A stretch of DNA of 64,000 bases from Heteronotia binoei (Eukaryota), in NCBI RefSeq assembly GCF_032191835.1, contig NC_083238.1, positions 21,824,001-21,888,000 on the forward strand, given 5' to 3'. Position numbers and translations under genes: made by a program. Of the stretch, positions 37,837 through 50,553 are shown piece after piece (the first letter of the stretch is position 1; every line of letters begins with the position of its first letter). A model generated the notes under the pieces. It had not been told where the DNA came from. It ran no database searches and saw only the letters and a list, made by a program, of their open reading frames with translations.

Positions 37837-38092
37837 AAACCCCTCCTCTTACTCTGTTCTGAGGCTTTATTCTGGGGCACTTGCCCAGCTGAAAGCAACA
37901 CTGAAGAGTGGGACAACTCTGGAATCAGACCCAGCTCTAGCAGCTCCTAACAATAACTTAACCCCTCCTTCCCCGCCGCCTGCTATTGCTCCAGCAAGTG
38001 GGGGGGTGGGGTCAGATTGGCATCCTTGTAATGTTTGATACATAACAATCCTGATTCCATTTCTAGCTGTGTAACTGCAAGTGACGTTGCTG

Positions 38093-38894
38093 TAGGCTTC
38101 CCAACCCGCCCCCCACCCGCCCTGGCGGGGGACTCCTGGGTTCGCAGCCTCATCTCCCGCTCTTTAAAAATCGGGAAGCAGGGGGGGAGTGGGGGGGGAG
38201 AACATACGTGTAGGCTTCATATTGTTGTAGAGCTCCTGAGTCATTTGTAAAATGTGTGCCCCTTTAAGGCTGGGCAGGAAGCAGGAAACAGGAAGGGCTT
38301 CGGAGAACAGCCCCTCCCTTTTTTTCCTTTCGTTTTCACAGCAAGTAGAGTTCTCCGGAAGAAGATCTAGTATGTATTTGTGTGTGTGTGAGAGGGAGGG
38401 GGCAGGGGATTCCCTGGTTTGGAGGCCCTCCCCCCACTTTAGAAAGCATGGGGGGGAGGGAAATGTCTACTGGGCACTCTATTATTCCCTATGGAGAACG
38501 AGTCCCATAGGGAATAATAGGGAATTGATCTGTGGGTATTGGGGGCTCTGGGGGGCTATTTTTTGAGGTAGAGGCACCAGATTTTCAGTACAGCATCTAG
38601 TGCCTCTCCCCAAAATACCCCCCAAGTTTCAAAATGATTGGACCAGGGGGTCCAATTCTATGAGCCCCAAAAGATGGTGCCCCTATCCTTAATTATTTCC
38701 TATGGAATAAAGGCATTTAAAAAGGCGTGCTGTCCCTTTAAATGTGATGGCCAGAACTCCCTTGAAGTTCAATTATGCTTGTCACATCCTTGTTCCTGGC
38801 TCCACCCCCAATGTCTCCTGGCTCCACCCCCAAAGTCTCCTGGCTCCGCCCCCAAAGTCCCCAGATTTTTCTTTAATTGGACTTGGCAACCCTA
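38093..38894. mobile_element. Non-autonomous hAT element (TAGGG/CTTGCCA-type ends), TSD CGTTGCTG
   Basis: Ends TAGGCTTCCC...GGCAACCCTA; exact 8-bp TSD. Confidence 0.85.
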
Positions 38895-39899
38895 CGTTGC
38901 TGGATACTCCAGCATTCTCTCAAAACTCTCTGTTAACTCTTGTTATCTGTATGCTAATTTGCTGCTATCCACAGGTCTTATCAACTGCTTTAATCCAATC
39001 TTATCCATACTTATTGCTCAGTTACTTATGCATTCTGACTCTAATTTGCCTTTCCTGGCAACTAACAGCCCCCCACACCTATAGGAAATGCTTGAAGAAG
39101 TCTGTTTTAATGCATTTGAAGAAATGTACATCTACACAAGCTGAATTCTCATTTCATACCCAGAATTAAACTTTGTGGGTCTTAAAGGTGCCACCGGGCT
39201 CAAACTTAGTTCTCACATCTGTTTGTTAACTCTTTTATTTGTATGCTGATTTACTGCTATTCACAGGTCTTACCGACTGCTTTCATGCAATCTTAGCTAT
39301 GCTTATTGAAATTAGTTGTCATTATAATTTGGGCAACTAAGTTCCATTGAGCCAGAAGTCCTGTAGTTATACAAATTAATACACCTGGGGAAATAAGCTT
39401 TCTGTGGGTCCACATTCATACTTTCCTAGACAGGCGTCTGCTTTTTGGAGAGAATTTAGTCCAAGAGCATCCAATCCTTCTTGATTCTATCAGAGGCTTG
39501 CCCTGCAGTGTACTGACAGGTTTTATTCTTCAATATTCGTGAAGCCACCTCCACCCCTCCTCTCTATCTAGCTGTTGTAAAGGGATGGTTGGTTGGCTCT
39601 TGTGGCAGTCATGAATTGGTTTCCTTGGCACTGGCAGAGGGTTTTTTCCCCCTGAATTAAAAAAAAAATGGGGAGAAAGCTTGTCATTTTAAGAAAAAGA
39701 TGGTGAATATACTGTTACAAGAATAAATGTGCCCGTTGCCTAAAATGTTTAACAGAAGTCAAAAGCCTACCAGAAGCAACTTGGAGGAAGGACAAACATT
39801 CATGCTGAAGTCAGAGTTTGTGTAAGGGGGAATAAGTGCAGCAAAGGTGGTGAGAAACAGGGTTTTCCCACAGCAGGGAAACACACATCCTATCCAGAA

Positions 39900-40700
39900 A
39901 GGAAATATTTTTCTATGTAGCCTTAATAGGGGTGTCTAGGAAAGGATGTTCTTGTGCAAATGAGAACAAGAAGGAGCACAGCATTGCATTGCCAAAAACA
40001 GTTACAGTTTGATGATAAGACAAGCGGAAAGAGAATTTATGGTGCATATCACTAAAACATAAAGCAAACAATTCTTTAAATACATCAGAATGATAAAAAA
40101 CAGCCAGGAAAGTGATTGTGCTGATAGATGACAAAGGGATGAAAGATTACTAAAAGAGGATAGGGAACTTACAAAGAAGCTGAATAAATTCATTGCATTA
40201 TTCTTCATTGTAGAGGACACTGACCAGTTACCAACATCAGAACCGTTATTTTCAGGGAAGTACCTGGAAGTTTTCAGATATTACAAAAATAAATATCGGG
40301 GCTAATTGACAAATTAAAAGTGAACAAGTCACAGACTCCAGATAGCACCAGGGGTGGATTTCTAGCAGGAGCTCCTTTGCATATTAGGCCACACACCTCT
40401 GATGTAGCCAATCCTCCAAGAGCTTACAAAAAAGAGCCTTGTAAGCTCTTGGAGGATTGGCCATATCAGGGGTGTGTGGCTTAATATGCAAAGGAGCTCC
40501 TGCTAGAATTCCACCCCTGGATAGCACACACAACACATATAAACAAAATTGGATTTTCATGGGAAATTGTTGATCTCCTTATAAAACGTAAGAAATTGGT
40601 AATAAAATTTGCCCTCCTCACCAGAAAGAGAGATAGTAGCAACTAGCATAAGACATTTTAAAAATGGAATCCAAGAAAATTATAGACTAGATAGGCTCAA
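39900..40700 (+). mobile_element. Old, decayed CR1 ORF2 remnants, interrupted by a hAT MITE
   Basis: Degenerate match to the CR1 pre-RT region (FKYIR...EDRE...KLN.F...F.VED-like) at about 40060-40220; many stops. Confidence 0.55.
40349..40519. mobile_element. Palindromic hAT MITE, 8-bp TSD GATAGCAC
   Basis: TIR CAGGGGTGG..TTCTAGCAGGAGC; whole element is a fold-back; exact TSD. Confidence 0.88.
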
Positions 40701-40884
40701 ACATAAATCCTACCAAAACACACACACACACGGGCTACACTCTATAACCCAAGCAGTGCAAGAACACCACAGTTCACTTGAAGAGATACGCTTGTACTGA
40801 CCGTCAAGGGTTGCTGATGGGAAAACATAACAACATGCTAATAGAAAAATCTCTCATATATTTTGGTACGCTGCAGTGTTTTAA

Positions 40885-41930
40885 GCAGTTTGCATGGAGA
40901 AATATCAACTGAGGGGTGACATGATAAAGGTTTACAAAATTATGCATGGGATAGAGAAGGTAGAGAAAGAAGGACCGTACTTTTCTCCCTTTCTCACAAT
41001 ACAAGAGCTCGTGGGCACACAATTAAATTGCTGAGGTCTAGAATGGATAAAAGAAAGTACTTCTTCACCCAAAGAGTGATTAACACATGAAATTTGCTGC
41101 TACAGGAGGTGGTGGCAGGTACAAGCATAGCCAGCTTCAAGAGGGGATCGGATAAACATATGGAGCAGAGATCCATCAGTGGCTATTAGCCACAGGGTAT
41201 AGATGGGACTCTCTGTCTAGGGCAGTGATGCTATGTATTCTTGGTGCTTGGGATGGCAACAGTAGGAGGTCATCTAGTGTCCTGTCCCCACTAGTGGACC
41301 TCCTGATGGCACCTGGGTTTTTTAGCCACTGTGTGACAGAGAGTTGGACTGCATGGACCATTGGCCTGATCCAACATGGCTTCTCTTATGTTCTTATGTG
41401 ACACAGAGTGTTGGGCTGGATGGGCCATTGGCCTGATCCAACATGGCTTTTCTTATGTTCTTATGTGACACAGAGTGTTGGACTGGATGGGCCATTGGCC
41501 TGATCCAACATGGCTTCTCTTATGTTCTTATGTGACACAGAGTGTTGGACTGCATGGGCCATTGGCCTGATCCAACATGGCTTCTCTTATGTTCTTATGT
41601 GACACAGAGTGTTGGACTGCATGGGCCATTGGCCTGATCCAACATGGCTTCTCTTATGTTCTTATGTGACACAGAGTGTTGGGCTGGATGGGCCATTGGC
41701 CTGATCCAACATGGCTTCTCTTATGTTCTTATGTGACACAGAGTGTTGGGCTGGATAGGCCATTGGCCTGATCCAACATGGCTTCTCTTATGTTCTTATG
41801 TGACACAGAGTGTTGGACTGCATGGGCCATTGGCCTGATCCAACATGGCTTCTCTTATGTTCTTATGTGACACAGAGTGTTGGACTGCATGGGCCATTGG
41901 CCTGATCCAACATGGCTTCTCTTATGTTCA
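40885..41930 (+). mobile_element. 5'-truncated CR1 LINE with full 3' UTR and nine tandem copies of the terminal 67 bp
   Basis: Same ORF2 end (aaagaaagtacttcttcacccaaagagtgattaac...gtggctattagccac), then 3' UTR and the array. Confidence 0.92.
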
Positions 41931-43344
41931 TGCTTCTTAAGTAGGTAGTGGTGGATAGCTCAAAGCTGACTTGGGCTACGGCAGTGGTATGAAAGGCATT
42001 TGCCCTACGGATTATTAGGAAAGTGGTCGATAAAAATGGCCACAATTGTATAAATATGTGAGACTGCTTTGGAATACTTATAGTACCAAGTGCTACATTA
42101 GAATGTTTCCTGAATATAAGAACTGCCAGACTGGGTTACTAGTACTTCCTAGTGTAGCAGCTGCTGCCAGTATCTAATATATCCTGGAAACAGTGTCATT
42201 TGTAGTGAGCTGTTCTCTGACATTCAGTCCTAATTTCTAGCAAAAAAAGAGAGAGAGTATCTTTAGACTGTGAATTAATGCCAAGCCCTTCATACAATAG
42301 ATATTGGTGATTTAGTATGTGATTTATATAATATTAGTTAGTAGTTATTTTTATTGCTTTGTGGCAAAGGTGATCTGGCAGGTGAAGGCCAAACAACTCC
42401 AGGTATTCTTGGATGACTCGTCTACCTTTGAGCCATTTCAGTCTGGCTGCAGGCAAAGCTATGGGACTGAGACTACCAGACTGGCAGACGAACAGAGGTA
42501 ATGTCTCCCTGTCAATCCTTCTTCATATATACAGCCGCTCTTGACAAATAGATCGTGCCATTTTGCTTCATCACCTTGAACAGCAGGTTGAAATATGTGT
42601 ATTGATTTTGTATTGTATTGATTTTGCTCTGTGGTAGGATGATCTTAAGGCCCTCACAATGAGGTTTTCTCTCTTTCCTCTCTTTAGAGGAGGTGCCGTG
42701 ACTCTCAGTGTTTTATATGGTGGCCTTGCGGTTACGGAACGAGCCATCAGCTGAAATAATACAATTTAGGAGGTAACGTTCATTTGTATTGTTTGGGTGA
42801 CCTTTTTCTTGACTTGATTTTAACAGTGTTGAGTTGCGATAACGTTTTTTTTTTTTGGGGGGGGGGTCAGCTTTAATATGCGTGTTTGCAAACCACTCTG
42901 AGCAATGAGAGAAAGTTAAACGGAACTATAGGAAATAAAATAAATGTGTATTGACTGATCCTCAGCTGGGCCTATAGCGCGCTCCCTGAGGGAATGCAGA
43001 ATGCAGGCATCATGCACACGCATGCACGCCCACCAGCCAGCCAGCCAGGGAGTAACAGCAGGGAGGCAGCATGCCAGGTGGGCTTGCGTAATGGCTGCCT
43101 AGAGGTTCAGCCAGCAGCAGCTGTGGTAGCAACAGCACTGGGGCAAGGGGAGCTGCGCGGCACCAGCAGGAGGGGCAGCCGCCCAGGCCAGCAGTGTCTG
43201 CAAGTGCTGGGGATGGGGGGGGGGGAGCACCAGCTTCCTCGTTCCCAACCTGAGGGGAGATGTGGGAGTCAGGAGCCTGTCCCTGTGGTGAGAAGTCGCT
43301 CCAGGCAGCAGCCTACATCACCTACTCCTCGGTGCTGGCCCTGC

Positions 43345-43793
43345 GATAATCTCTCACACGCTCCTGTCTTTTCAGTTATTTCAAAGGGGGTTAGCTTATC
43401 TTCAGTTATCTTTGCCCATAATATTAATAATATACCTTTCATTTCAAAGCCTTTAATCGGTCCTTTGTTTCCTAAATTCATTAACTTTGCCATTGCAGCA
43501 TATTCAGCTAATTTATCACTCCAAACTTCTTTTGCTGGACAGTCTTCTGTTTTTTTCCGTTTGGATGCCAGCACTACTGTTGCTGCTGTTAGCATGCATC
43601 TGAATAAGTTTTGTGATGTCCTTTCAACATTGTCTGGAAGCATTCCCAATAACATGTTTATCTCTGAATTCATTGGAAACTTAATTTTTAGAATTTTCTG
43701 GATCTGTACATAATATTTCAATCCAGCATTTCCACATTTTGTTACAATCCACCACATATGATCTGTCTCTTTGCATTTCCAACGGGTTCCATT
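43345..43793 (-). mobile_element. L1-clade ORF2 C-terminal fragment
   Basis: WKCKETDHMWW...LLG...MLTAATVVLASKRK...EVWSDKL..YAAMAKL resembles the L1 cysteine-rich C-terminal domain. Confidence 0.7.
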
Positions 43794-43987
43794 CAGTGTT
43801 CCTTCTAAGCTGAGTTAGTGTGAGCTAGCTCACAATTTTTTAGCCTCCAGCTTACACCTTTTTGCCTCAGCTCAGGAGAAATTATCCTAGAGCAAACTAA
43901 TTTATGCAGTAGCTCACCGCTTTAATGGCAGTAACTCACAAAGTAGAATTTTTGCTCACAAGACTCCACAGCTTAGAGAGAACATTG
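43794..43987. mobile_element. hAT MITE, TSD GTTCCATT, inserted at an L1 fragment
   Basis: TIR CAGTGTTCCTTCTAAGCTG / CAGCTTAGAGAGAACATTG; exact 8-bp TSD. Confidence 0.85.
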
Positions 43988-44319
43988 GTTCCATTATAAT
44001 TATACCAAGGGACATCTGTGCCCTGCCTGATTTAGATGCAGGTGTCACTGTTGGGGGGTGGGGCTTGGGAGCAGGCAGGAGCCCACAGTATCAAGGGATC
44101 CCCTGCCCCCCCCCCACATGGGGACTGGCATCCCTATTCAGGAGCAAAATTTAAGACGACACTACTGAATATGGCCTACCAAGAGAGAACTACAACGCAA
44201 GATATTTGTATGTTTTAAGCATTAAAAAAGTTTCAGAGGAAAGTCATGCTGGTCTGCAGTAGAACAGATAAATTTGAATCCAGTAGCACTTTGTTGGTCT
44301 CTGAGGTGCTACTGGACTC

Positions 44320-44963
44320 TAGGCTTGCCAATCCCCAGGTCCCAGGAGGGGTTCTTCCACTTTCCCAGGCTCTTTCCCTCCCTCAGTCAGCTGGCTGGCG
44401 GGGGGAAGCCCCACCCCCAGAGGACCATGTGCCTTTCTAGCTCCGGAGGCTTCAGTCTCCGATTGAAAGGCTTCCTCTTGGGATGGTGTTTCTGTGTTAC
44501 TTTGAAGAAGTTGGGAGCAACTCGTGAGTAGAGAGGCCAATCCCTCACTTCAGAGTCACCAGAAACGGGGTGGGGGGGAGGGAAACGTCTGCTGAGCACT
44601 TCATTATTCCCTATGTGAAGATAATGAGGAATTGATCTGAAGGTTTCAGGGGCTCTGGGGGAGCTGTTTTTTGAGGTAGAGGCACCAAATTTTCCGTATA
44701 GTATCTAGTGCCTCTCCCCAAAGTACCTCCCAAGTTTCAAAACGATTGGACCAGGGGGTCCAATTCTATGAGCCCCAAAAGAAGGTGCCCCTATTCTTCA
44801 TTATTTCCTATGGAAGGAAGACATTTAAAAAGGTGTGATGGCCAGAGTTCTCTTGGAGCTCAATTATGCTTGTCACATCCTTGTTCCTGGCTCCACCCCC
44901 AAAGTCTCCTGGCTCCATTCCCAAAGTCCCCAGATATTTTTCGAATTGGACTTGGCAACCCTA
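44320..44963. mobile_element. Same hAT family, TSD CTGGACTC
   Basis: Ends TAGGCTTGCCA...TGGCAACCCTA; exact 8-bp TSD; 3' half closely matches 38560-38894. Confidence 0.87.
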
Positions 44964-47900
44964 CTGGACTCAGATCTAGCTGTTTCTCTGTCATGTGTGT
45001 CTGTTTCTGAAGCTTAAAACAATGCATCTCTAAGTGGTTTTAATTCCTCTCTCTGCTGGTCACTTTAAAAATACTGCATATTTTCAAAAGGTTATCTATC
45101 ATCCTTTTAAAGTGTTGTCATCATATTTTAAATGGTTGCTATCACCTCCACCCCTAAACTATGATCTCTCTTACAGTTTCAAATGTCTCTCATTTTCAGT
45201 TATGATCCTAAATATGAACATTCAAGAATGATGTTGCAGCGGTGACCTTTTTAGTTCGACAATGTGTTTTTAGCAATAATAATTGTTCCTTTCCACAAAT
45301 ATCACCTGCAATATCTTAACTTCAGTTGAGAAGCATGTTGGATTGTTACTTTCTTCTCTTTTTACAGATCTAAACAACGACAACAAACAACAAACCCCTA
45401 ACCAAACATATACCATATTGACATGGGCCTAAGCCACAACAGCTGCTAAGGGCAAATTACCAAAAAAGAAGGGCAATAAATCAGGCAGTTTCCCCCTAAA
45501 CCCAGCTGTCTGCATTAACAAAGTTGTTTACTGCAGTGTTCGTTTTCCAGAATATCAGTATTTCCATTTCTTATACATTTGCAAAACATCAGGGATTATC
45601 AACATTATTGTTTGCATCTGTGGATTTTCTGGAAGAAACCTCTGATGCATTCTGCTAATCAAAATCACTTGGTTTTACTGAACCCTCGTCAAGAATTCTT
45701 ACATTTGCGGACACTTATGCCCACAAGCCCTGCCAAGACAGGGATTCCTAGAAGATCTGAAGCTAATGTATAGGTCCTGTTAATATTTAAGACCACACAT
45801 GATAGACTGGTGTAGCACAGTGGTCAAGAGGCTGAGCAGAGAGTGTGGTGTAGTGGTTAGAGTGTTGGATGAATAGGTCCTGGGAGTTCTCTTTAGAGTT
45901 GGCTTCTTTCTCTTCTTTTGACTGCAACCTGAACTGGATCTACCTGAATAAATGTAAGTTTACCTTTTTTTTGTAATATACTTCTTGGGAGATGTATTTA
46001 CTGCTTTCAAACAAAACACGGGTTAAAAAAATCTGATTGTTAGAAATCCCCTGTTTGAATCTTACCTCTTTCAGAAGCTTACTAAGTAGCCATAGTCAAG
46101 CCTCAACATTACTGCGTTATGGGTCACAGCAGCTGAATCCAAGGCAGAGATTTCTGTGCCAAATGCTAATAATAAAATGCTCTCTGGACTGCCCTCACTA
46201 ATCTGCTTTTCTATCAGGATAGTAGGATCTGTCCTCCCCCCTAACCGAATCAGACACTTTACGGCAGCAAATGTCAGAAGATTCATACCCTCACCAGTGT
46301 CATCTCCATCTTGTTTGAATTCCGCTTCGGTTTCTTTGTCCTCAGTCGCTTGACCACAGCTACCAACCTCTCTCTCTTTGAACTCTATCACTCCCAGCCC
46401 TGCAAGTTAAATGTATGCAAAATTATTTCCTTCAAACACACGTCTGAAGAAGTGTACTTTGACTCACAAGAGCTCATGCGGGAATAAAAGGTTGTCACTG
46501 GCCTTCTGTTTTGTTTTGCCAAGCATTGACCTGGGACAGAGCCCAGCTACCTCTCCTAAGGGACAGAAGGAGACAGTGCACATCTGTAAGCAATTGTGAA
46601 TGTTTTATGTTCTCTAGTAATATTGCCAACAGCAGCTGGGGAGACCAGGACAGCAGTGGACCGTTACATGAAGCATGCACGCATTCAGCCATTTGCTGAC
46701 CGTAGAAAGGTTGTTTGCTGTCATGGATCAGTGCCCTTGCACCAGCTAAGTAGCAACATTTTATTTTCATAGATAAAGTCTACTACTCATCCCCTTTTTT
46801 TGGATTAACTGGAGCAACAACTACTCAGCAGTAAATACGATGCCCATAGCTATCCTTCCTCCCGTCCATTGTAAAAAATGACAAAAGATAAATAAGAAAT
46901 TAATATTAACTTGCCACTGACCCATAAAAATGAAAGACAGTGTTTGATGTGTCTTCTGGTTCTGTTCTAGCTATACAGTAAATCTCATGCATTTCTTGAG
47001 GCCTTGGAATCCATTGATGCTTTTTAAGCTCTGGAATCATATATCTCCTTGTTTCTCCTTTAATTTCCATCAAAAATAGTACTCTGCTAATCAGCTGGTT
47101 TTGAGTGTGGCTCACAATGGCTTTTTATCACAGAAAAATGGAAGGAGCTGCATGGAGGCAAGTTTGTACTCACGGAAAGTAATTTTTCTCCTATTTCTGT
47201 AGCATAAAGGTAAGGATTTATTTGTTATTCTTCCTTCCAATGCCTCCTAGGTGTGTGCTGCTGATAGAGCAGCATGCATACAGAATTTACCAGCAGCCTG
47301 TTTTCTGAATCATCACCCACCGGTCCAGGAAAGGCATGTACTGAGGTCAGGCTTCTGGTGAATTTCACTTGGCTGCCACATTTCTCACACACACATTATA
47401 TATTTCACATGCGTACCTACCGAAAATGAATGTATAGATGGAATTATTTGAGCAAGAAAATACAAAGCAGGAATGAAAAGCAGAGAAAGGTTAGCACAGG
47501 GGCCATAATAAAAGCAAAATCTGATTTAGTGTGAAACTTTATATTCTGTGATATTATTATTCGAGTTTGCACTTTTCTTGCTAACCACTTGCTTTTTTGT
47601 GAGAAAGGCATATGACAGGAACTCAAAGGTGCTGAGATAGCTGCAATCTTAGGAACTATTTTTCTGGGAATGAAAAATGAAATTTGCTTCTGAGTAGACC
47701 TGCACAGGATTGCTCCCTATATCTGAATCCATTCCTCTTTCTCCAAATCCCCAAGACCTCCCAGAATTACCTCATCTCCAGACTACAGAGATCAGTTCCC
47801 CCGCAGGAAATGGATGCTTTGGATGGGGGAACGCTATGGTACTGCACCCCACACAGGTCCCAGTCCTCCCCAAGCTCCAACTCCAAATCTCCAAGAGTTT

Positions 47901-50145
47901 CCCAGTCTGAATCTGGCAACCCAACCCCTTCCATTCCCCACCGATGGCTGGGGGGACCTGGCAACCCTAAACTATAGCCAAGTAATTATTATTTATTTAT
48001 TTACATTACTTATAGTTGTCCCTTTCTCACTGAGACTCAAGGTGGATTATACAGGGTCAGTCAGTACAATTAACAGGATGAGACATTCAATAAGCAGTGT
48101 AATAGGATTAGGACTGCAGAAATCTGGAGCAGAGCTGAAACCAAGCATAAGTATTAACATGACCTGGGCTTTTTTTTTTTGTAGAAAAAGCCCAGCAGGA
48201 ACTCGTTTTCATATTAGGCCACACCCCCTGACACCAAGCCAGCTGGAACTGCATTCCTGCTAAAAAAAACCCTGCATATGACCCATGAAAGTAACAGTGA
48301 AGAAATTGCATAGTAGAATAATACATACATTAACAGGTGGCACATACAAGCAACGATGCTGTAGTCCTCAGTCCCTTTCCTTTCTTGAAAGCAATTTTGA
48401 ACCATTATTTTGCAGTGTAGCCCTATCTCCTGTGTAAAAATGCCCACCTAAATAATTCAGTTTGGCATAGTTGTGGAATGTCAGAAGAGTGGGGGTTCTT
48501 CCTTCCCTCATTGGGCAGACCACTTCCATAAATTCATGATGAAGTAAACTTGGTTAGTCTTAAAGGTGCCACTTGATTTCTATTTTATTTTGCGACATCG
48601 GATTTCCATTTTACTTCTCTACAACAGATAACACAGCTACCCTTCCAAAAGCGTTATGTGCTAGAGTTTTCTCTCAAACTATTATTCAATGACTGTGTTT
48701 TTAATCAGCTAGATTACATATACAGGACAGACTGAATGGACATTTAGACAGGAGGTTTCCTCTAGCTCTTGGGTCGGCTCATGTGCAAACATTAATCCCC
48801 ACAAGGATTCTGCAAGCAAGAAGAAACTGCAGATGGATGAGATGTTGTGGTAGAAAGTTCTACAGCACCATTTCTTCCAAACGTGTATCTTTCTACCCTT
48901 AATACTATTGGTTCTTTTTGCACATCTCCAGTTGTGTGTTAAGGAACCAAACCAGGAAGGTGGGACGCTTCTGTGTGACCATGCCCCCAAGAAGCAGCTG
49001 TATCTAATGAAAGAAACTATTGTTCTAAACCATAAGCTCTCCGATTATACCATAAAAAAACTAGAAAGCAGCTGCTTATACTGTACCAAAGTTGGTAACA
49101 ATTTGCCATCGACTGCAATGCGTTCAGGCCATCACAGTCTCTCATGCAACAAACAAAAAGGTTGTGTTGCGCAGGAATTCCGTTGAAATTGTCCAAACAA
49201 ATGAAAATAATTTTTAAAAAGGAGCTGCTATCAATACAATTCTAAGAAGAGCACATCTTTCTAGGTCCATTGAAGTCAAGGGTATTAGCATATAACTCTG
49301 CTGAGAGTGCACTGTAAATTGTGTAACCAGAAACCATAGTAGAAAGCAGTGAAAATAAATGTCTAGAAACAAAGATGGAGGAGGGGAAAATATTTTCTGA
49401 ACTCTCAAGCTGCCTTTTGCCGCTGTCATTCCTCGCTCAAGCTCTGGCTGGTGATAACTTGAACAGATCTCTCCAAAAACTTCTGAATCTTTGTAAGGGA
49501 AACTTGAGAATCCGAAAGCAGACACAACTCCCATTAAAGAAATCTTGTAAAGCCTTTTGGCTCAGACAAATTATTTTAATAAATCAGTGGAAGGAGGAAG
49601 GGGGGGGGGAATCCTAAGTGGAAGAACAGCTGCGGATTCAGATCCTCCCAGAAGGAAGCTACTGAAGACAGCTAAGTCTTTTTTTTTTTTTTTAATGTTG
49701 CCATCAAAAGTATTACAGTACAGGGGAGACGAGATTTTTTTTTTCCAGAATAAAATTATAGCTAAAAATATCCAGATCCGAGGCTTTCCTGTGGGGCTCA
49801 TGAACCTAAATCTGACTGATGTTTCCTACGCGGATGGTACCCCAGATCTGTGCAGCACTCCTGTCCTAATTTATTTTAGACACCATTGACAGTTCTTTTG
49901 TTATTGAAAGGTAGCTATTTTCCTGATCAGTCGGCTGGGTTTCAAATCCTCATTGTGAAAACTCTAAGGTTTCAGAAGCAGTACAGCAAAAGGTCAGATG
50001 CAAGACTGTCCAGGCACCAGCTCGATCAGTCAGCTAAAAGATAAATTAATTTATTCTCTCAAGAAAGCTGTTTTAGCTGTATCAATCCCCACTCAGCTGA
50101 ACACATGCATAAATGAGAGCCAGCCAGGGTGTAATGATTAGCATG

Positions 50146-50553
50146 TTTGGTGTAGTGGTTAAGTGTGCGGCCACTGTGGCCGGATCTGCCTGTCCCGCAT
50201 TGGTCTTGTCAGCCACCAGCGAGCCTGCAGTGGACGTGGACTACTGCACCCTTCTTAAATCTTCGTTCGCAAAGTCAAGCCGAGATTAAGTGTGCGGACT
50301 CTTATCTGGGAGAACCAGGTTTGATTCTCCACTTCTCCACATGCAGCTGCTGGAATGGCCTTGGGTTAGCCATAGCTCTCGCAGGAGTTATCCTTGAAAG
50401 GCCAGCTGCTGTGAGACCCTGAACTGAACTCAGGCCCACCCACCTCGCAAGGTGTCTGTTGTGGGGGGGAGAAGATGTAGGAGATTGTAAACCGCTCTGA
50501 GTCTTTGATTCAGAGAGAATGGCAGGGTATAAATCTGCAGTCTTCTTCTTCTT
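50146..50553 (+). mobile_element. Squam3 SINE interrupted by an RTE fragment
   Basis: Head sequence ttaagtgtgcgg is duplicated around a 115-bp insert. Confidence 0.85.
50171..50285 (+). mobile_element. RTE-clade LINE 3' end with 12-bp TSD
   Basis: Encodes HCGRICLSRIGLVSHQRACSGRGLLHPS* (RTE-type C-terminal zinc finger) plus short 3' UTR; flanked by TTAAGTGTGCGG at 50159-50170 and 50286-50297. Confidence 0.75.

Larger units (their letters stand above)
36665..37952 (+). mobile_element. Older LTR-like element interrupted by Squam3 and the solo LTR
   Basis: GC-balanced LTR-like text, AATAAA at about 37518, ends in TAACA at 37948-37952; 5' end and TSD not resolved. Confidence 0.4.

Noticed and set aside
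41332-41929. CRISPR-like array (also considered for 4189-4588)
   Set aside because: The units are contiguous with no unique spacers, derive from the CR1 3' end, and the host is a vertebrate.
42994-43713. 239-aa plus-strand ORF
   Set aside because: Chimera of a GC-rich repeat and the antisense strand of an L1 fragment.
46071-46391. 106-aa minus-strand ORF
   Set aside because: No ATG-supported gene context, splice support or recognisable motif; probably a decayed repeat.
46443-46480. Second hammerhead-like motif CTGAAGA-AGTG...CAC-AAGAGCTC
   Set aside because: The GAAA core is mutated to AAGA and stem II is broken; a relic at best.
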